From an uncultured Actinomycetota bacterium (GTDB lineage: Bacteria > Actinomycetota > Actinomycetes > Mycobacteriales > Mycobacteriaceae): DNA of 64,000 nucleotides. The stretch covers positions 848,224 to 912,223 of the forward strand of contig CAWKFI010000004.1 in assembly GCA_963849055.1 (NCBI GenBank). Reading direction: 5' to 3'. The notes beneath the pieces were generated by a model. That model did no database searches and had not been told where the DNA came from. It saw only the letters and a program-made list of their open reading frames with translations. This document shows positions 42,362 to 52,838 of this stretch, piece by piece (position 1 is the stretch's first letter; each line of letters opens with the position of its first letter). The position numbers and the translations under genes were made by a program.

Positions 42362-42886
42362 ATGGGCATCGAACGATCGCGCCGACAGAAGCTGCTCGAG
42401 TGGGTACGGCGCTACCTACCGTGCGAAATCGCCGGAACTGCATGTGAATTCGGCGGTGCGGCAATTGCCTACGCGGCCACCGGGTCGTTCGCCGCTGCCG
42501 CCATCGTCGCGACCATCGGTGCATCGGCGGGGTACTACGCCGCGGCCTACACGACGGCGGTACGCACCACCTACCGCGCGCACCACCACCTGCCGAGGGT
42601 GCGACGGGCACTGACGGCCAACGGTCTCGCCCTGCGCAGCGTCGCGATCGAGTTCGGGCCCGCCGAGGTGATCGACAGCGCGCTGATCCGGCCGCTGGCC
42701 TTCTACCTGGGGCCAATCCTGTTCGGTGGCATGGTCGCGGGCTGGATCTTCGCCAAGCTGGTCGCCGACGTCGGCTTCTACGTCCTGGCCATCTTCAGCT
42801 ACGAGCGGTTCCAGGCCCTGCTGGCAGTGCGCCGGCCCGCAGTCGAGGAGGTGGGGCATGGATCCACGGCGCCGGTCGCAGCTTAG
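42362..42886 (+). CDS. Conserved hypothetical membrane protein
   Basis: RYLPCEIAGT, EFGPAEVIDSALIRP, KLVADVGFY; about 4 TM; overlaps the decarboxylase start. Confidence 0.7.
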   Translation: MGIERSRRQKLLEWVRRYLPCEIAGTACEFGGAAIAYAATGSFAAAAIVATIGASAGYYAAAYTTAVRTTYRAHHHLPRVRRALTANGLALRSVAIEFGPAEVIDSALIRPLAFYLGPILFGGMVAGWIFAKLVADVGFYVLAIFSYERFQALLAVRRPAVEEVGHGSTAPVAA

Positions 42887-44057
42887 GAAGGCGCTGCGGC
42901 GCAGCGGCACGCAGTGGCGGGAGCTCGTCGCCCGACACGGCACCCCGCTGCTGGTTCTGGACCCCTACCGGGTGGCGGCGCAGTACTCGCTGCTCACCGA
43001 GCAGTTGCGCGGCTTCCGGCTGCACTACGCGGTCAAGGCGCTGCCGCACCCCGCCGTGTTGACCGTGCTGGCGGCATGCGGCAGCAGCTTCGACGTCGCC
43101 AGCAGTGCGGAAGTCGACCTGGTGCAGTCGCTCGGGGTGCCCATGACCCGCTGCATCCATACCCACCCGATCAAGAAGCCCTCCGACATCGACTACGCCT
43201 ACCAGTGTGGCGTTCGCACGTTCGTCGTCGACAATCCTTGCGAGGCACAGAAATTCGTCGGACGGGAGTCGGACATCCAGATCCTGGTGCGCCTCGCGTT
43301 CCCGAACCCGACCGCAAAGTCGGACCTGTCGTCGAAGTTCGGCGCCGACCCGGCCGAGGCGGAATTGCTCGTCAAACACGTCGTCGCAGCCGGCGTCCAA
43401 TTCGCGGGCTTCAGCTTCCACGTCGGCAGCCAGGGCTCCTCCGTGCAGCCCTACCGCGACGCGCTGCAGGCGACGTTGGACCTGACGCGACACGTCGAGC
43501 AGACGCTGGGGTTGCACGTCTCGACGATCGACATCGGCGGTGGCTTTCCCGTGTCCTACCGCGAGGACGCTCCGCCCATCGGTGCCATCGCCGCCGTCGT
43601 CGACGACGTGCTTGGCCCGCATCGTGGGAACTTCACCTTGCTCGCCGAGCCGGGCCGGTTCCTGGTGGCGGACTGCATGACGCTGCTGACCAGCGTCGTC
43701 GGCAGCGCCATCCGGGCGGGCCGGACGTGGCACTACCTCGACGACGGCCTGTACGGCAGCTACTCCAACGTGATGACCGAGGACGTCCACCCGCCGATCG
43801 TCGCGCTCGACGAACTCGACGGAAACCGCCACACGATGCCACTCGAGGACGTCACGCTGGCCGGGCCCACCTGCGACAGCGTCGACGTCATCGCCCGCGA
43901 CTACCCGATGCCCGCACTGAACGTCGGCGACGTCGTCGTCAGCCCGATGATGGGCGCCTACACGTCGGTGACCTCGTCACGCTTCAACGGCATCGCGGAG
44001 ACACCCATCGTGGTGTCCGCCCGCCACGGTTCGATTCATCCCGATCGTTACCCGTGA
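42858..44057 (+). CDS. Fold-type III PLP decarboxylase (ornithine/lysine decarboxylase-like)
   Basis: HYAVKA (PLP Lys), FDVASSAE, KFG, FHVGSQ, DIGGGF, EPGR, DDGLYG, GPTCD, GAY; GAGGAGG SD. Confidence 0.88.
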   Translation: MDPRRRSQLRKALRRSGTQWRELVARHGTPLLVLDPYRVAAQYSLLTEQLRGFRLHYAVKALPHPAVLTVLAACGSSFDVASSAEVDLVQSLGVPMTRCIHTHPIKKPSDIDYAYQCGVRTFVVDNPCEAQKFVGRESDIQILVRLAFPNPTAKSDLSSKFGADPAEAELLVKHVVAAGVQFAGFSFHVGSQGSSVQPYRDALQATLDLTRHVEQTLGLHVSTIDIGGGFPVSYREDAPPIGAIAAVVDDVLGPHRGNFTLLAEPGRFLVADCMTLLTSVVGSAIRAGRTWHYLDDGLYGSYSNVMTEDVHPPIVALDELDGNRHTMPLEDVTLAGPTCDSVDVIARDYPMPALNVGDVVVSPMMGAYTSVTSSRFNGIAETPIVVSARHGSIHPDRYP

Positions 44058-44090
44058 CGTCGTAGTCCGGTGTTGCTGGGATGGCAGACC

Positions 44091-45221
44091 ATGACCACCG
44101 AACGCATCGCCGATCACGTCAAGTTCGCCTATTGGGTGCCCAACGTCAGCGGCGGTCTGGTGACCAGTGACATCGAACAGCGCACCGACTGGAACTACGA
44201 GTACAACAAGAAGCTCGCGCAGACCGCGGAGAACAACGGGTTCGAGTACGCGCTGTCCCAGGTCCGGTACGAAGCCAGCTACGGTGCCGAATTCCAGCAC
44301 GAGTCCACCAGCTTCAGCCTGGCGCTGCTGTTGGCCACCGAGCGGCTCAAGGTGATCGCCGCCGTCCACCCCGGCCTGTGGCAGCCGGCCGTGCTCGCCA
44401 AGCTCGGCGCCACCGCCGATCACCTCTCCGGCGGGCGCTTCGCCGTCAACGTCGTCTCGGGATGGTTCAAGGACGAGTTCACCCACCTGGGCGAGCCGTG
44501 GCTGGAGCACGACGAGCGGTACCGCCGCAGTGCCGAGTTCCTGCAGGTGCTGCGGAAGATCTGGACCGAGGACGACGTGGACTTCCGCGGCGACTTCTAC
44601 CGCATCCACGACTTCACGCTGAAGCCCAAGCCGCTCAACACGCCCGAGCGGCCCAACCCCGAACTGTTCCAGGGCGGTAACTCGACGGCGGCGCGCCGCA
44701 ACGGCGGCCTCTACTCCGACTGGTACTTCTCCAACGGCAAGGACTTCGACGGCATCACCGAACAGGTCGTCGAGGTCCGCGATCACGCCCGCACGGTCAA
44801 CCGTGAGGTCAAGGTGGGTCTCAACGGCTTCATCATCGCCCGCGACACAGAAAGGGAAGCGAAGGAGACGCTTCGAGAGATCATCGCCAAGGCCAACCGG
44901 CCGGCAGTCGAGGGTTTCCGCGGTGCCGTCCAGCAGGCGGGCAACTCGACCGGCGACAAGAAGGGCATGTGGGCCGACTCGTCGTTCGAGGACTTGGTGC
45001 AGTACAACGACGGGTTCCGGACCCAGTTGATCGGCACGCCCGAGCAGATCGCCGAACGCATCGCGGCCTACCGCAAACGCGGCGTCGACCTGATCCTCGG
45101 CGGCTTCCTTCACTTTCAGGAGGAGATCGAGTACTTCGGCGCCAACGTCCTGCCGCTGGTGCGTGAAATCGAGGAGTCCGAACAGAATTCGAGCGACGCG
45201 CCGGTGCTCGTCTCGGTCTGA
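44091..45221 (+). CDS. sfnG: Dimethylsulfone monooxygenase SfnG
   Basis: KFAYWVPNVSGGLVTSDIEQRTDW, QHESTSFS, FQGGNS, DLVQYNDGFRT, GFLHFQEE. Confidence 0.9.
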   Translation: MTTERIADHVKFAYWVPNVSGGLVTSDIEQRTDWNYEYNKKLAQTAENNGFEYALSQVRYEASYGAEFQHESTSFSLALLLATERLKVIAAVHPGLWQPAVLAKLGATADHLSGGRFAVNVVSGWFKDEFTHLGEPWLEHDERYRRSAEFLQVLRKIWTEDDVDFRGDFYRIHDFTLKPKPLNTPERPNPELFQGGNSTAARRNGGLYSDWYFSNGKDFDGITEQVVEVRDHARTVNREVKVGLNGFIIARDTEREAKETLREIIAKANRPAVEGFRGAVQQAGNSTGDKKGMWADSSFEDLVQYNDGFRTQLIGTPEQIAERIAAYRKRGVDLILGGFLHFQEEIEYFGANVLPLVREIEESEQNSSDAPVLVSV

Positions 45222-45331
45222 ACGCGGACGGTTTGCTCGCGGCGCCGGCGCGGGTCCGATGCGTCGCAGGGCGTTTTGGCCCGCGCGGCCGTGCGCTAGC
45301 GTGGATGGTCGAATCGAGCACAGGAGAGGTC

Positions 45332-46215
45332 ATGACCTACCCGCCAGGTAGCCCCGGTTATTCATCCACCCCAACGACGCAGTTCTCTGCACCCACGCAG
45401 CAGTTGTCCAAGGCCCCAGAATCCGAGGCCGCGGCCCCCAGCAAGCTGCCCCTCTATCTGGCCGCCGCGGTCGCGGTGCTCGGCCTCGCGGTCTACCTGT
45501 CGAGCTTCGGGCCGCAGTTCACCATCTCCAACTCGGAGTTTCCGCAGCTGGGGTCCGCCAGCGGCAGCACCCTGGGGCTCGGCATCGCCCTGGTGGCGGC
45601 CGTCCTTGCCGCGCTTCTGGCCGGGGTCAGCCTGGTGCCCAAGCAGAAGAACTTCGTCGGGGTGGTCGCCGTCGTCGCCGTCCTGGCGTTCCTGCTGATC
45701 ATCGCCGAGGTGATCAACGCGCCCAGCGGCGCCACCATCGACTGGGCGCTGTACCTGGTCATCGCATTCAGCCTGCTGCAGGCCATCGCCGCCGTGGCGT
45801 GGTTGCTGCTGGACGCCGGTGTCATCACCGCGCCCGTGCCGAAGCCCAAGTACGACCAACAGCAGCAGTACAACCCGTACGGCGCGCCCGGCGGCTACTA
45901 CGGCCAACCCCAGGGCCAGCAGCAGCATCCTGGCCAGTACCCGCAACAGGGTGGGCAGCAGCAGCGGCCGGGCTATCAGCCGCAGTACGGCCAGGGCCAG
46001 GGATACCCGGGCAACCCGTCGACGGGTGGCTTCCAATCCCAGAACCCGCAGCAGCATTCCGGTCCACCGACCCCTCCGACCGGCTTCCCGACCTTCGGTC
46101 AACCCCAGTCTTCGGGCGGGTCCGGAAACCAGGGGGCTCAGGGGTCGTCGAATCGCAGCAATCGGGACAGCCACAGCAGCCCGCTACGCAGCAATCGGCT
46201 CCTCCGCCGTCATAA
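45332..46215 (+). CDS. DUF5336 membrane protein (Rv0954-like); tail frameshift near 46145
   Basis: MTYPPGSPGY, 4 TMs, Gln/Gly/Pro-rich tail with GPPTPPTGFP. Confidence 0.85.
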
Positions 46216-46276
46216 TCACTAGCGGCGCGCATGCCGTGTTCGCGCGCACCAGCTCGTGCGAGGAGCGACGCGTCTA

Positions 46277-47702
46277 GTGGACAACCGGCCAGTCGGCACC
46301 CGTCAGGCCCGCGACCTGCTCAGGGTCGCGTTCGGGCCGTCCGTGATCGCTCTGGTCATCATCGCGGCGGTAGTTCTGCTGCAGTTGCTGATCGCCAACA
46401 GCGACATGACGGGCGCGTCCGGCGCGATCGCCACCATGTGGCTCGGCGTCCATCAGGTACCGGTCTCCATCGGCGGCCGCGAACTGGGTGTGATGCCGCT
46501 GCTTCCCGTGCTCGCGATGGTGTTCGGCGCCGCCCGCACCACCGCTGCGGCCCTGCGCCCCGGCAGCTCCTGGTTCGTCGTCCGCTGGGTGGTGGCGTCG
46601 GCCGTCGGCGGGCCGATGCTGATCGCCGCGATCGCCTTGGCGATCATCCACGACGCGTCGTCCGTCTTGACCGAACTTCAGACGCCCAGCGCGCTGCGCG
46701 CCTTCGGAGGCGTGCTGGCGGTGCACCTCATCGGTGCGGTGATCGGCGTCGGGTCGCGCGTGGTGCGACGTCCGTCGATGGCCGCGCAGGTGCCGGGCTG
46801 GCTACCGGAGGCCGTGCGGGCCGCTGCCGCCGGGGTTCTCGCGCTGTTCGGGCTCTCCGGCGTCGTCGCGGTCGGGTCGATGGTCGTGCACTGGGCGACG
46901 ATGCACGATCTGTACGCCATCACCGACTCGGTGTTCGGCCAGTTCAGCCTCACGCTGCTGTCGGTGCTGTACGTGCCCAACGTCATCGTCGGAACGGCTG
47001 CCGTTGCGGTCGGGTCCAGTGCGCACATCGGGCTGGCCACGTTCAGCTCCTTCACCGTCCTCGGCGGTGACGTTCCGGCGGTACCCGTGCTTGCCGCCGT
47101 GCCGTCTCCGCCGCTCGGACCCGTCTGGGTGGCACTGCTCATCGTGGCCGCCGCCTCCGCGGTCGCGGTCGGACAGCAGTGCGCGCGGCGGCCCCTGACG
47201 CTTCCGCTCGCGGCGGCCAAGCTGGCGGTCGCATCGGCGCTGGCCGCCGTCGTCATGGCGCTGCTCGGCTATGCGGGCGGGGGGAAGCTGGGGAACTTCG
47301 GTGACGTCGGCGTGGACCAGGCCACGTTCGGCCCGGCAGTCTTCCTGTGGTTCATCGGCATCGGCGGCCTGACCGTCGCGATGACCGGCGGCATCGCCCG
47401 GCGTCCCAAGCCAAGGCCCGCGCCCGTCGTGGCGGAGGCGCCACCGGTCGAGGAGCCCATCGGGGTGGACGAACCCGAGGAACCCGTCGAACCCGATGCA
47501 TTCGACGAACCCGAGCGAACCCGTCGAGGACACGGCGACCGAGCCGGTCCTTGCCGCGCCTCCGTTCGACGACGACGCGTCCGCCGTCGTGCGTCATCAC
47601 GATCTGGACGACGACCCCGAGGCGCACTTCATCACCGACGACGACGCGGAGATCTCCCAGCCGGGCGCCACCAGCGACGAGGCGCGCAGACCGGCCGATT
47701 AG
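46277..47702 (+). CDS. perM: Cell-division membrane protein PerM (Rv0955/DUF6350); tail frameshift near 47515
   Basis: [32 protein letters not shown]; acidic tail; upstream of purN. Confidence 0.85.
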
Positions 47703-47711
47703 GCTGCACCC

Positions 47712-48341
47712 GTGCTGCCCGAGCTCCATGTGCCCCCGAGTGCGCCGGCGCGGCTGGTGGTCCTGGCGTCGGGCACGGGTTCATTGTTGGAGTCGTTGTT
47801 GGACGCCGCGACCGGTGACTACCCGGCGCGGGTGGTGGCGGTCGGCACGGATCGTGCGTGTCGTGCGCTGGACGTGGCGGCGGAGGCCTCGGTGCCGGGT
47901 TACACCGTGCGCCTCGGAGACCACCCCGACCGCGCGGCATGGGACGCCGCGATCACGGCCGCGACCGCCGAGCACCGGCCCGACCTGGTGGTGTCGGCGG
48001 GCTTCATGAAGATCCTTGGGCGGGAGTTCCTTTCCCGCTTCCTCGGCCGGGTGGTCAACACGCATCCGGCCCTGCTGCCCGCGTTCCCCGGCGCCCACGC
48101 GGTGCTCGAGGCCTTGACCTACGGTGTCCGGCTCACGGGATGCACCGTGCACCTGGTGGACGAGGGCGTGGACACCGGGCCGATCCTGGCGCAGGAGGCG
48201 GTGCCGGTGCTCGACGGCGATGACGAGGCCAGCCTGCACGAGCGGATCAAGGTCGTCGAACGACAGTTGTTGGTGGATGTGCTCGCCGCGATGGCAACAC
48301 GCGGCGTGACGTGGACGGGACGAAAGGCGGCCATGGGATGA
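47712..48341 (+). CDS. purN: Phosphoribosylglycinamide formyltransferase
   Basis: [35 protein letters not shown]. Confidence 0.96.
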   Translation: MLPELHVPPSAPARLVVLASGTGSLLESLLDAATGDYPARVVAVGTDRACRALDVAAEASVPGYTVRLGDHPDRAAWDAAITAATAEHRPDLVVSAGFMKILGREFLSRFLGRVVNTHPALLPAFPGAHAVLEALTYGVRLTGCTVHLVDEGVDTGPILAQEAVPVLDGDDEASLHERIKVVERQLLVDVLAAMATRGVTWTGRKAAMG

Positions 48342-49927
48342 CGGAACACGAGGGCCAGTCGGACGGCAGGCGCCCCATTCGGCGGGCGCTGATCAGCGTC
48401 TACGACAAGACGGGCCTCGCGGATCTCGCGCTCGGGCTGCACGAGGCGGGCGTGGCGATCGTCTCCACCGGATCGACGGCGAAGACCATTGCGGCAGCCG
48501 GTGTTCCGGTGACCCCCGTCGAGGACGTCACCGGCTTCCCCGAGGTGCTCGACGGCCGGGTCAAGACGCTGCACCCGCGGGTGCATGCGGGTCTGCTCGC
48601 CGACACCCGGAAGCCGGAACACCTCGCGGCGCTGGAGGAGCTCGGCGTCGCCGCCTTCGAATTGGTGGTGGTCAACCTCTACCCGTTCACCGAGACGGTC
48701 GAGTCGGGCGCGAGCGAGGACGAGTGCGTCGAGCAGATCGACATCGGCGGGCCGTCGATGGTGCGCGCCGCGGCCAAGAATCATCCCAGCGTCGCGGTGG
48801 TCGTCGAACCACTGGGATATGACGGTGTGCTCGCCGCCGTGCGAGCGGGTGGCTTCACGCTCGCCGAACGAAAGCGGTTGGCGTCGTTGGCCTTCCGGCA
48901 CACCGCGGAGTACGACGTCGCAGTGGCGACCTGGATGGGCTCGACGCTGGCCCCGGAGAGGTCGGAGGCTCCGGCGTCGCTGCCGCAGTGGTTCGCCGGG
49001 ACCTGGCGCCGCTCGGCGGTGCTGCGCTACGGCGAGAACCCGCATCAGGGCGCCGCGTTGTACACCGACGCCAGCGCATGGCCCGGTCTGGCGCAGGCGG
49101 AGCAGTTGCACGGTAAGGAGATGTCCTACAACAACTTCACCGACGCCGATGCGGCATGGCGCGCGGCCTTCGATCACGAAGACACGTGCGTCGCGATCAT
49201 CAAGCACGCGAACCCGTGCGGCATCGCCGTGTCGTCGGTGTCGGTCGCCGATGCGCACCGCAAGGCCCACGAGTGCGATCCGCTCAGTGCGTTCGGCGGC
49301 GTCATCGCGGCCAACACGGCGATCAGCGTTGAGATGGCCGAGACGGTGGCCGACATCTTCACCGAGGTCATCATCGCGCCCGCCTACGAGCCGGGCGCTG
49401 TCGACATCTTGGCGCGCAAGAAGAACATTCGGGTGCTGGTGGCCGCCGAACCCTTGGTCGGCGGCACCGAGTTCCGTCAGATCAGCGGCGGACTGTTGGT
49501 GCAACAGCGCGACGCAATCGATGCCGACGGCGACGATTCGACCAACTGGACGCTGGCCACCGGTTCACCCGCCGATCCGGACACTCTCGCCGACCTGGTA
49601 TTCGCCTGGCGCACCTGCCGTGCGGTGAAGTCCAACGCGATCGTCATCGCCAAGGGCGGTGCGACCATCGGCGTCGGCATGGGTCAGGTCAATCGCGTCG
49701 ACGCGGCCCGACTGGCCGTCGAGCGCGGCGGCGACCGGGTGCAGGGCGCGGTCGCGGCGTCCGACGCGTTCTTCCCGTTCCCCGACGGGCTGGAGACGTT
49801 GACGGCCGCGGGCGTGAAGGCGATCGTCCACCCGGGCGGCTCGATGCGCGACGACGTCGTGACTCAAGCCGCCGAGGCGGCGGGCATCACGCTGTACCTG
49901 ACGGGTGCCCGCCACTTCGCGCATTAG
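48338..49927 (+). CDS. purH: AICAR transformylase/IMP cyclohydrolase
   Basis: [47 protein letters not shown]. Confidence 0.97.
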   Translation: MTEHEGQSDGRRPIRRALISVYDKTGLADLALGLHEAGVAIVSTGSTAKTIAAAGVPVTPVEDVTGFPEVLDGRVKTLHPRVHAGLLADTRKPEHLAALEELGVAAFELVVVNLYPFTETVESGASEDECVEQIDIGGPSMVRAAAKNHPSVAVVVEPLGYDGVLAAVRAGGFTLAERKRLASLAFRHTAEYDVAVATWMGSTLAPERSEAPASLPQWFAGTWRRSAVLRYGENPHQGAALYTDASAWPGLAQAEQLHGKEMSYNNFTDADAAWRAAFDHEDTCVAIIKHANPCGIAVSSVSVADAHRKAHECDPLSAFGGVIAANTAISVEMAETVADIFTEVIIAPAYEPGAVDILARKKNIRVLVAAEPLVGGTEFRQISGGLLVQQRDAIDADGDDSTNWTLATGSPADPDTLADLVFAWRTCRAVKSNAIVIAKGGATIGVGMGQVNRVDAARLAVERGGDRVQGAVAASDAFFPFPDGLETLTAAGVKAIVHPGGSMRDDVVTQAAEAAGITLYLTGARHFAH

Positions 49928-50074
49928 CGCCAATTGGACTGGGCGGCTGGCGGTCTGCCCCGATCATTCACCGAACGGGCACTGGCGCGTCCAGTACTTC
50001 AACGCGCCCATCGTGCGCAAAGGGGGCAGACCGTAGCCGCCATTCCACTGGGTGATCTCCTCACCTTCCTCTCG

Positions 50075-50392
50075 TCAGTTCGACCAGCGTGGCTCCGGAG
50101 GTCCGCGCTGCGTCGCCCTAACCGGTCCGGCATGTCGGCGGGTCCACTCGCGACGCGCGCGGGCGGATCCGTCCAACGACCGTCCGGCCGACCGGGGCCC
50201 ATCGAGGGCGCACCCGGTGGCCGGAGGTGCCGGCGGGCGTCGGCGCGGTTGCAGCGCGGCGCACAGTATCGCGTCGACGTCGGCGAACAGCTCGGTCACG
50301 TCTCGGTCCAGGAGGCACAGGACCTCGCCGGAGGCATAGCCGTTCATGTCGACGCCGTTCGCGTCGACCGGCCCGAATGGGTCGTGCGTCAT
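50075..50392 (-). CDS. Hypothetical protein downstream of hsp20
   Basis: LLDRDVTELFADVDAILCAA...TQRGPP; GAGG SD. Confidence 0.55.
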   Translation of the reverse strand: MTHDPFGPVDANGVDMNGYASGEVLCLLDRDVTELFADVDAILCAALQPRRRPPAPPATGCALDGPRSAGRSLDGSARARREWTRRHAGPVRATQRGPPEPRWSN

Positions 50393-50421
50393 CGCAACCA
50401 CCTGCCTCGTTCGCCGGCCGA

Positions 50422-50841
50422 TCAGGCGTTGATGGCAGCGTGCCCGTTGCTCCGCTCGATGTTGATCTTGCGGGGCTTCGCCCGCTCGGCGACCGGGATC
50501 CTCAGCCGCAACACACCCTCTTCGTAGGACGCGTCGATGCGGTCGGTGTCCAGGTTTTCGCCGAGGACCAGCTGCCGGCTGAACACCCCGCGCTGGCGCT
50601 CGGAGGCCAGCATCTCGCGATCGGGGTCGAGGCGCGGGCGCTCCGCACGGACCGTGACGACGTTGCGTTCGACGTCCAGGTCCAGCGAGTCGGGGGCGAC
50701 GCCGGGCAGGTCGAATTCGACGACGAACTCCTCGCCGTCCCGCCAGGCGTCCATCGGCATCACGACGGGACGTGCCGCCGTGCCCAGTACTTGTTGGGTC
50801 AGGCGGTCGAGGTCTCGGAATGGATCAGTACGCATCAGCAT
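50422..50841 (-). CDS. Small heat-shock protein (Hsp20/18-kDa antigen-like)
   Basis: [44 protein letters not shown]. Confidence 0.93.
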   Translation of the reverse strand: MLMRTDPFRDLDRLTQQVLGTAARPVVMPMDAWRDGEEFVVEFDLPGVAPDSLDLDVERNVVTVRAERPRLDPDREMLASERQRGVFSRQLVLGENLDTDRIDASYEEGVLRLRIPVAERAKPRKINIERSNGHAAINA

Positions 50842-50967
50842 GGTGGTCACCTCCAACGGTTGTGTCAGATGTCACTCATAACCTATGCCAACAGGCATAT
50901 ATTTCTTATAGCACCGCCGCTAAGATCATGCAAGAGTCCGAGCTAGATTTTGTGACGAGGTGTGGCG

Positions 50968-51321
50968 ATGAACGGCGAGCCCGACCGAACCGGCCCTTCC
51001 GCCGACCAAGGCGTCTACGGGATCTCGGTGGCCGCCGAACTCGCCGGCGCCGGCACCCAGTCGCTGCGACTGTGGGAACGCCACGGTCTGCTCAACCCGT
51101 CGCGCACAGAGGGCGGCACCCGCCGTTACAGCGCTGACGATCTGGAGCGGTTGAAGCGCATCACGAGCCTCGTCGATGCAGGCGTCAACATCGCTGGCAT
51201 CGCACGCATCCTGGAGGTCGAGGACCACAACACCGAATTGCGCGCCGCCAACGACGAACTCCGTGCTGCCAACACCGGTCTCGAGGCCACCAACCGGCGT
51301 CTGCGGAAGGGCGACGGGTGA
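50968..51321 (+). CDS. MerR/HspR-like regulator
   Basis: VYGISVAAEL...QSLRLWERHGLLNPSRTEGGTRRYS...GVNIAGI. Confidence 0.9.
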   Translation: MNGEPDRTGPSADQGVYGISVAAELAGAGTQSLRLWERHGLLNPSRTEGGTRRYSADDLERLKRITSLVDAGVNIAGIARILEVEDHNTELRAANDELRAANTGLEATNRRLRKGDG

Positions 51322-51452
51322 TCCGCACTCAACCCTCCCGGAAACCCGTCGGACCAGTGCCTACCGGTGTATTCCCGATTTAGCCGACGAACTCGGATTT
51401 GCGCTAAGAGCAGGGAGCGCATGCCACTCGTGCGTGACCGTCGTAGCGTGGA

Positions 51453-52838
51453 GTGGTGACATCACCTAACGATCTCCCGCGCACGCTTGGCGAGCTCCGT
51501 GCCTCCGGCCATCGCGAACGGGGCGTCAAGCAGGAAATCCGGGAAAATCTCCTGGCCGCGCTGGCCGACGGCCGCGACGTTTGGCCGGGGATCTTCGGCT
51601 TCGAGGACACCGTCCTGCCGCAGCTGGAGCGGGCGTTGATCGCCGGGCACGACCTGGTTCTGCTCGGGGAGCGCGGGCAGGGCAAGACCCGCCTGCTGCG
51701 CGGACTGACCGGCCTGCTCGACGAGTGGACGCCGGTGATCGCCGGCTCGGAGCTCAACGAGCATCCGTTCACTCCCATCACTCCCGAGTCGATCCGCCGC
51801 GTGGCCGACTCCGGCGACGACCTGCCGGTGGCGTGGCGGCACCGCTCCGAGCGCTACACGGAGAAGCTGGCGACGCCGGACACCAGCGTCGCCGACCTGG
51901 TCGGCGACATCGACCCGATCAAGGTGGCCGAGGGCCGCAGCCTCGGCGATCCAGAAACCATCGCCTACGGGCTGATCCCGCGCGCACACCGCGGCATCGT
52001 CGCCGTCAACGAGCTGCCGGACCTCGCCGAGCGCATCCAGGTCTCGATGCTGAACGTGATGGAGGAGCGCGACATCCAGGTCCGCGGTTACACACTGCGG
52101 CTGCCCCTCGACGTGCTGGTGGTGGCGAGCGCGAACCCCGAGGACTACACCAATCGCGGCCGCATCATCACGCCGCTCAAGGACCGGTTCGGCGCCGAGA
52201 TCCGAACGCACTACCCGCTGCAACTCGAGGCGGAGGTGGCGGTCATCAAGCAGGAGGCGCACCTCGCCGCGGCAGTGCCCGACTACCTGCTGCAGATTCT
52301 GGCGCGGTTCGCCAGGAACCTTCGCGAATCCCAGTCGGTCGACCAACGTTCCGGTGTCTCGGCTCGGTTCGCCATCGCGGCCGCCGAGACCGTCGCCGCC
52401 GCGGCGCGGCACCGCTCGACGGTCCTCGGCGAGGAGGAACCGGTGGCCCGGGTGGTGGATCTCGCCACGGTGATCGACGTGCTGCGCGGCAAGCTGGAGT
52501 TCGAGTCCGGCGAAGAGGGACGCGAACAGGCCGTGCTTGAGCACCTGTTGCGCCGGGCCACCGCGGACACCGCGCAACGGCTGCTCGGCGGCATCGACGT
52601 GGGCCCGATGGTCTCCGCCGTCGAGGAGGGCTCGCCGGTCACCACGGGCGAGCGGGTCTCGGCCAAAGACGTCCTCGCGGCGCTGCCGGACCTGCCCGTC
52701 ATCGAAGCCATCGCCACCCGTCTCGGCGCGCAGACCGACGGTGAACGCGCCGCCGCGATCGAGTTGGCGCTCGAGGCCTTGTATCTGGCGAAGCGCATCG
52801 ACAAGGTATCGGGCGAAGGCGAAACCGTATATGGCTAA
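51453..52838 (+). CDS. AAA+ ATPase (Mg-chelatase/MoxR-like, Rv0958)
   Basis: GERGQGKT, VNELPDL, NPEDYTNRGRIITPLKDRF. Confidence 0.9.
   Translation: MVTSPNDLPRTLGELRASGHRERGVKQEIRENLLAALADGRDVWPGIFGFEDTVLPQLERALIAGHDLVLLGERGQGKTRLLRGLTGLLDEWTPVIAGSELNEHPFTPITPESIRRVADSGDDLPVAWRHRSERYTEKLATPDTSVADLVGDIDPIKVAEGRSLGDPETIAYGLIPRAHRGIVAVNELPDLAERIQVSMLNVMEERDIQVRGYTLRLPLDVLVVASANPEDYTNRGRIITPLKDRFGAEIRTHYPLQLEAEVAVIKQEAHLAAAVPDYLLQILARFARNLRESQSVDQRSGVSARFAIAAAETVAAAARHRSTVLGEEEPVARVVDLATVIDVLRGKLEFESGEEGREQAVLEHLLRRATADTAQRLLGGIDVGPMVSAVEEGSPVTTGERVSAKDVLAALPDLPVIEAIATRLGAQTDGERAAAIELALEALYLAKRIDKVSGEGETVYG

Noticed and set aside
45860-46200. CAG-rich tandem-like repeats
   Set aside because: They encode the normal Gln/Gly/Pro-rich tail of the Rv0954-like protein.
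49999-50043. Tiny minus-strand ORF MAATVCPLCARWAR with a CxxC motif
   Set aside because: The SD-like GAGGAG is too far from the ATG, no downstream gene is available to regulate, and the length is compatible with chance.
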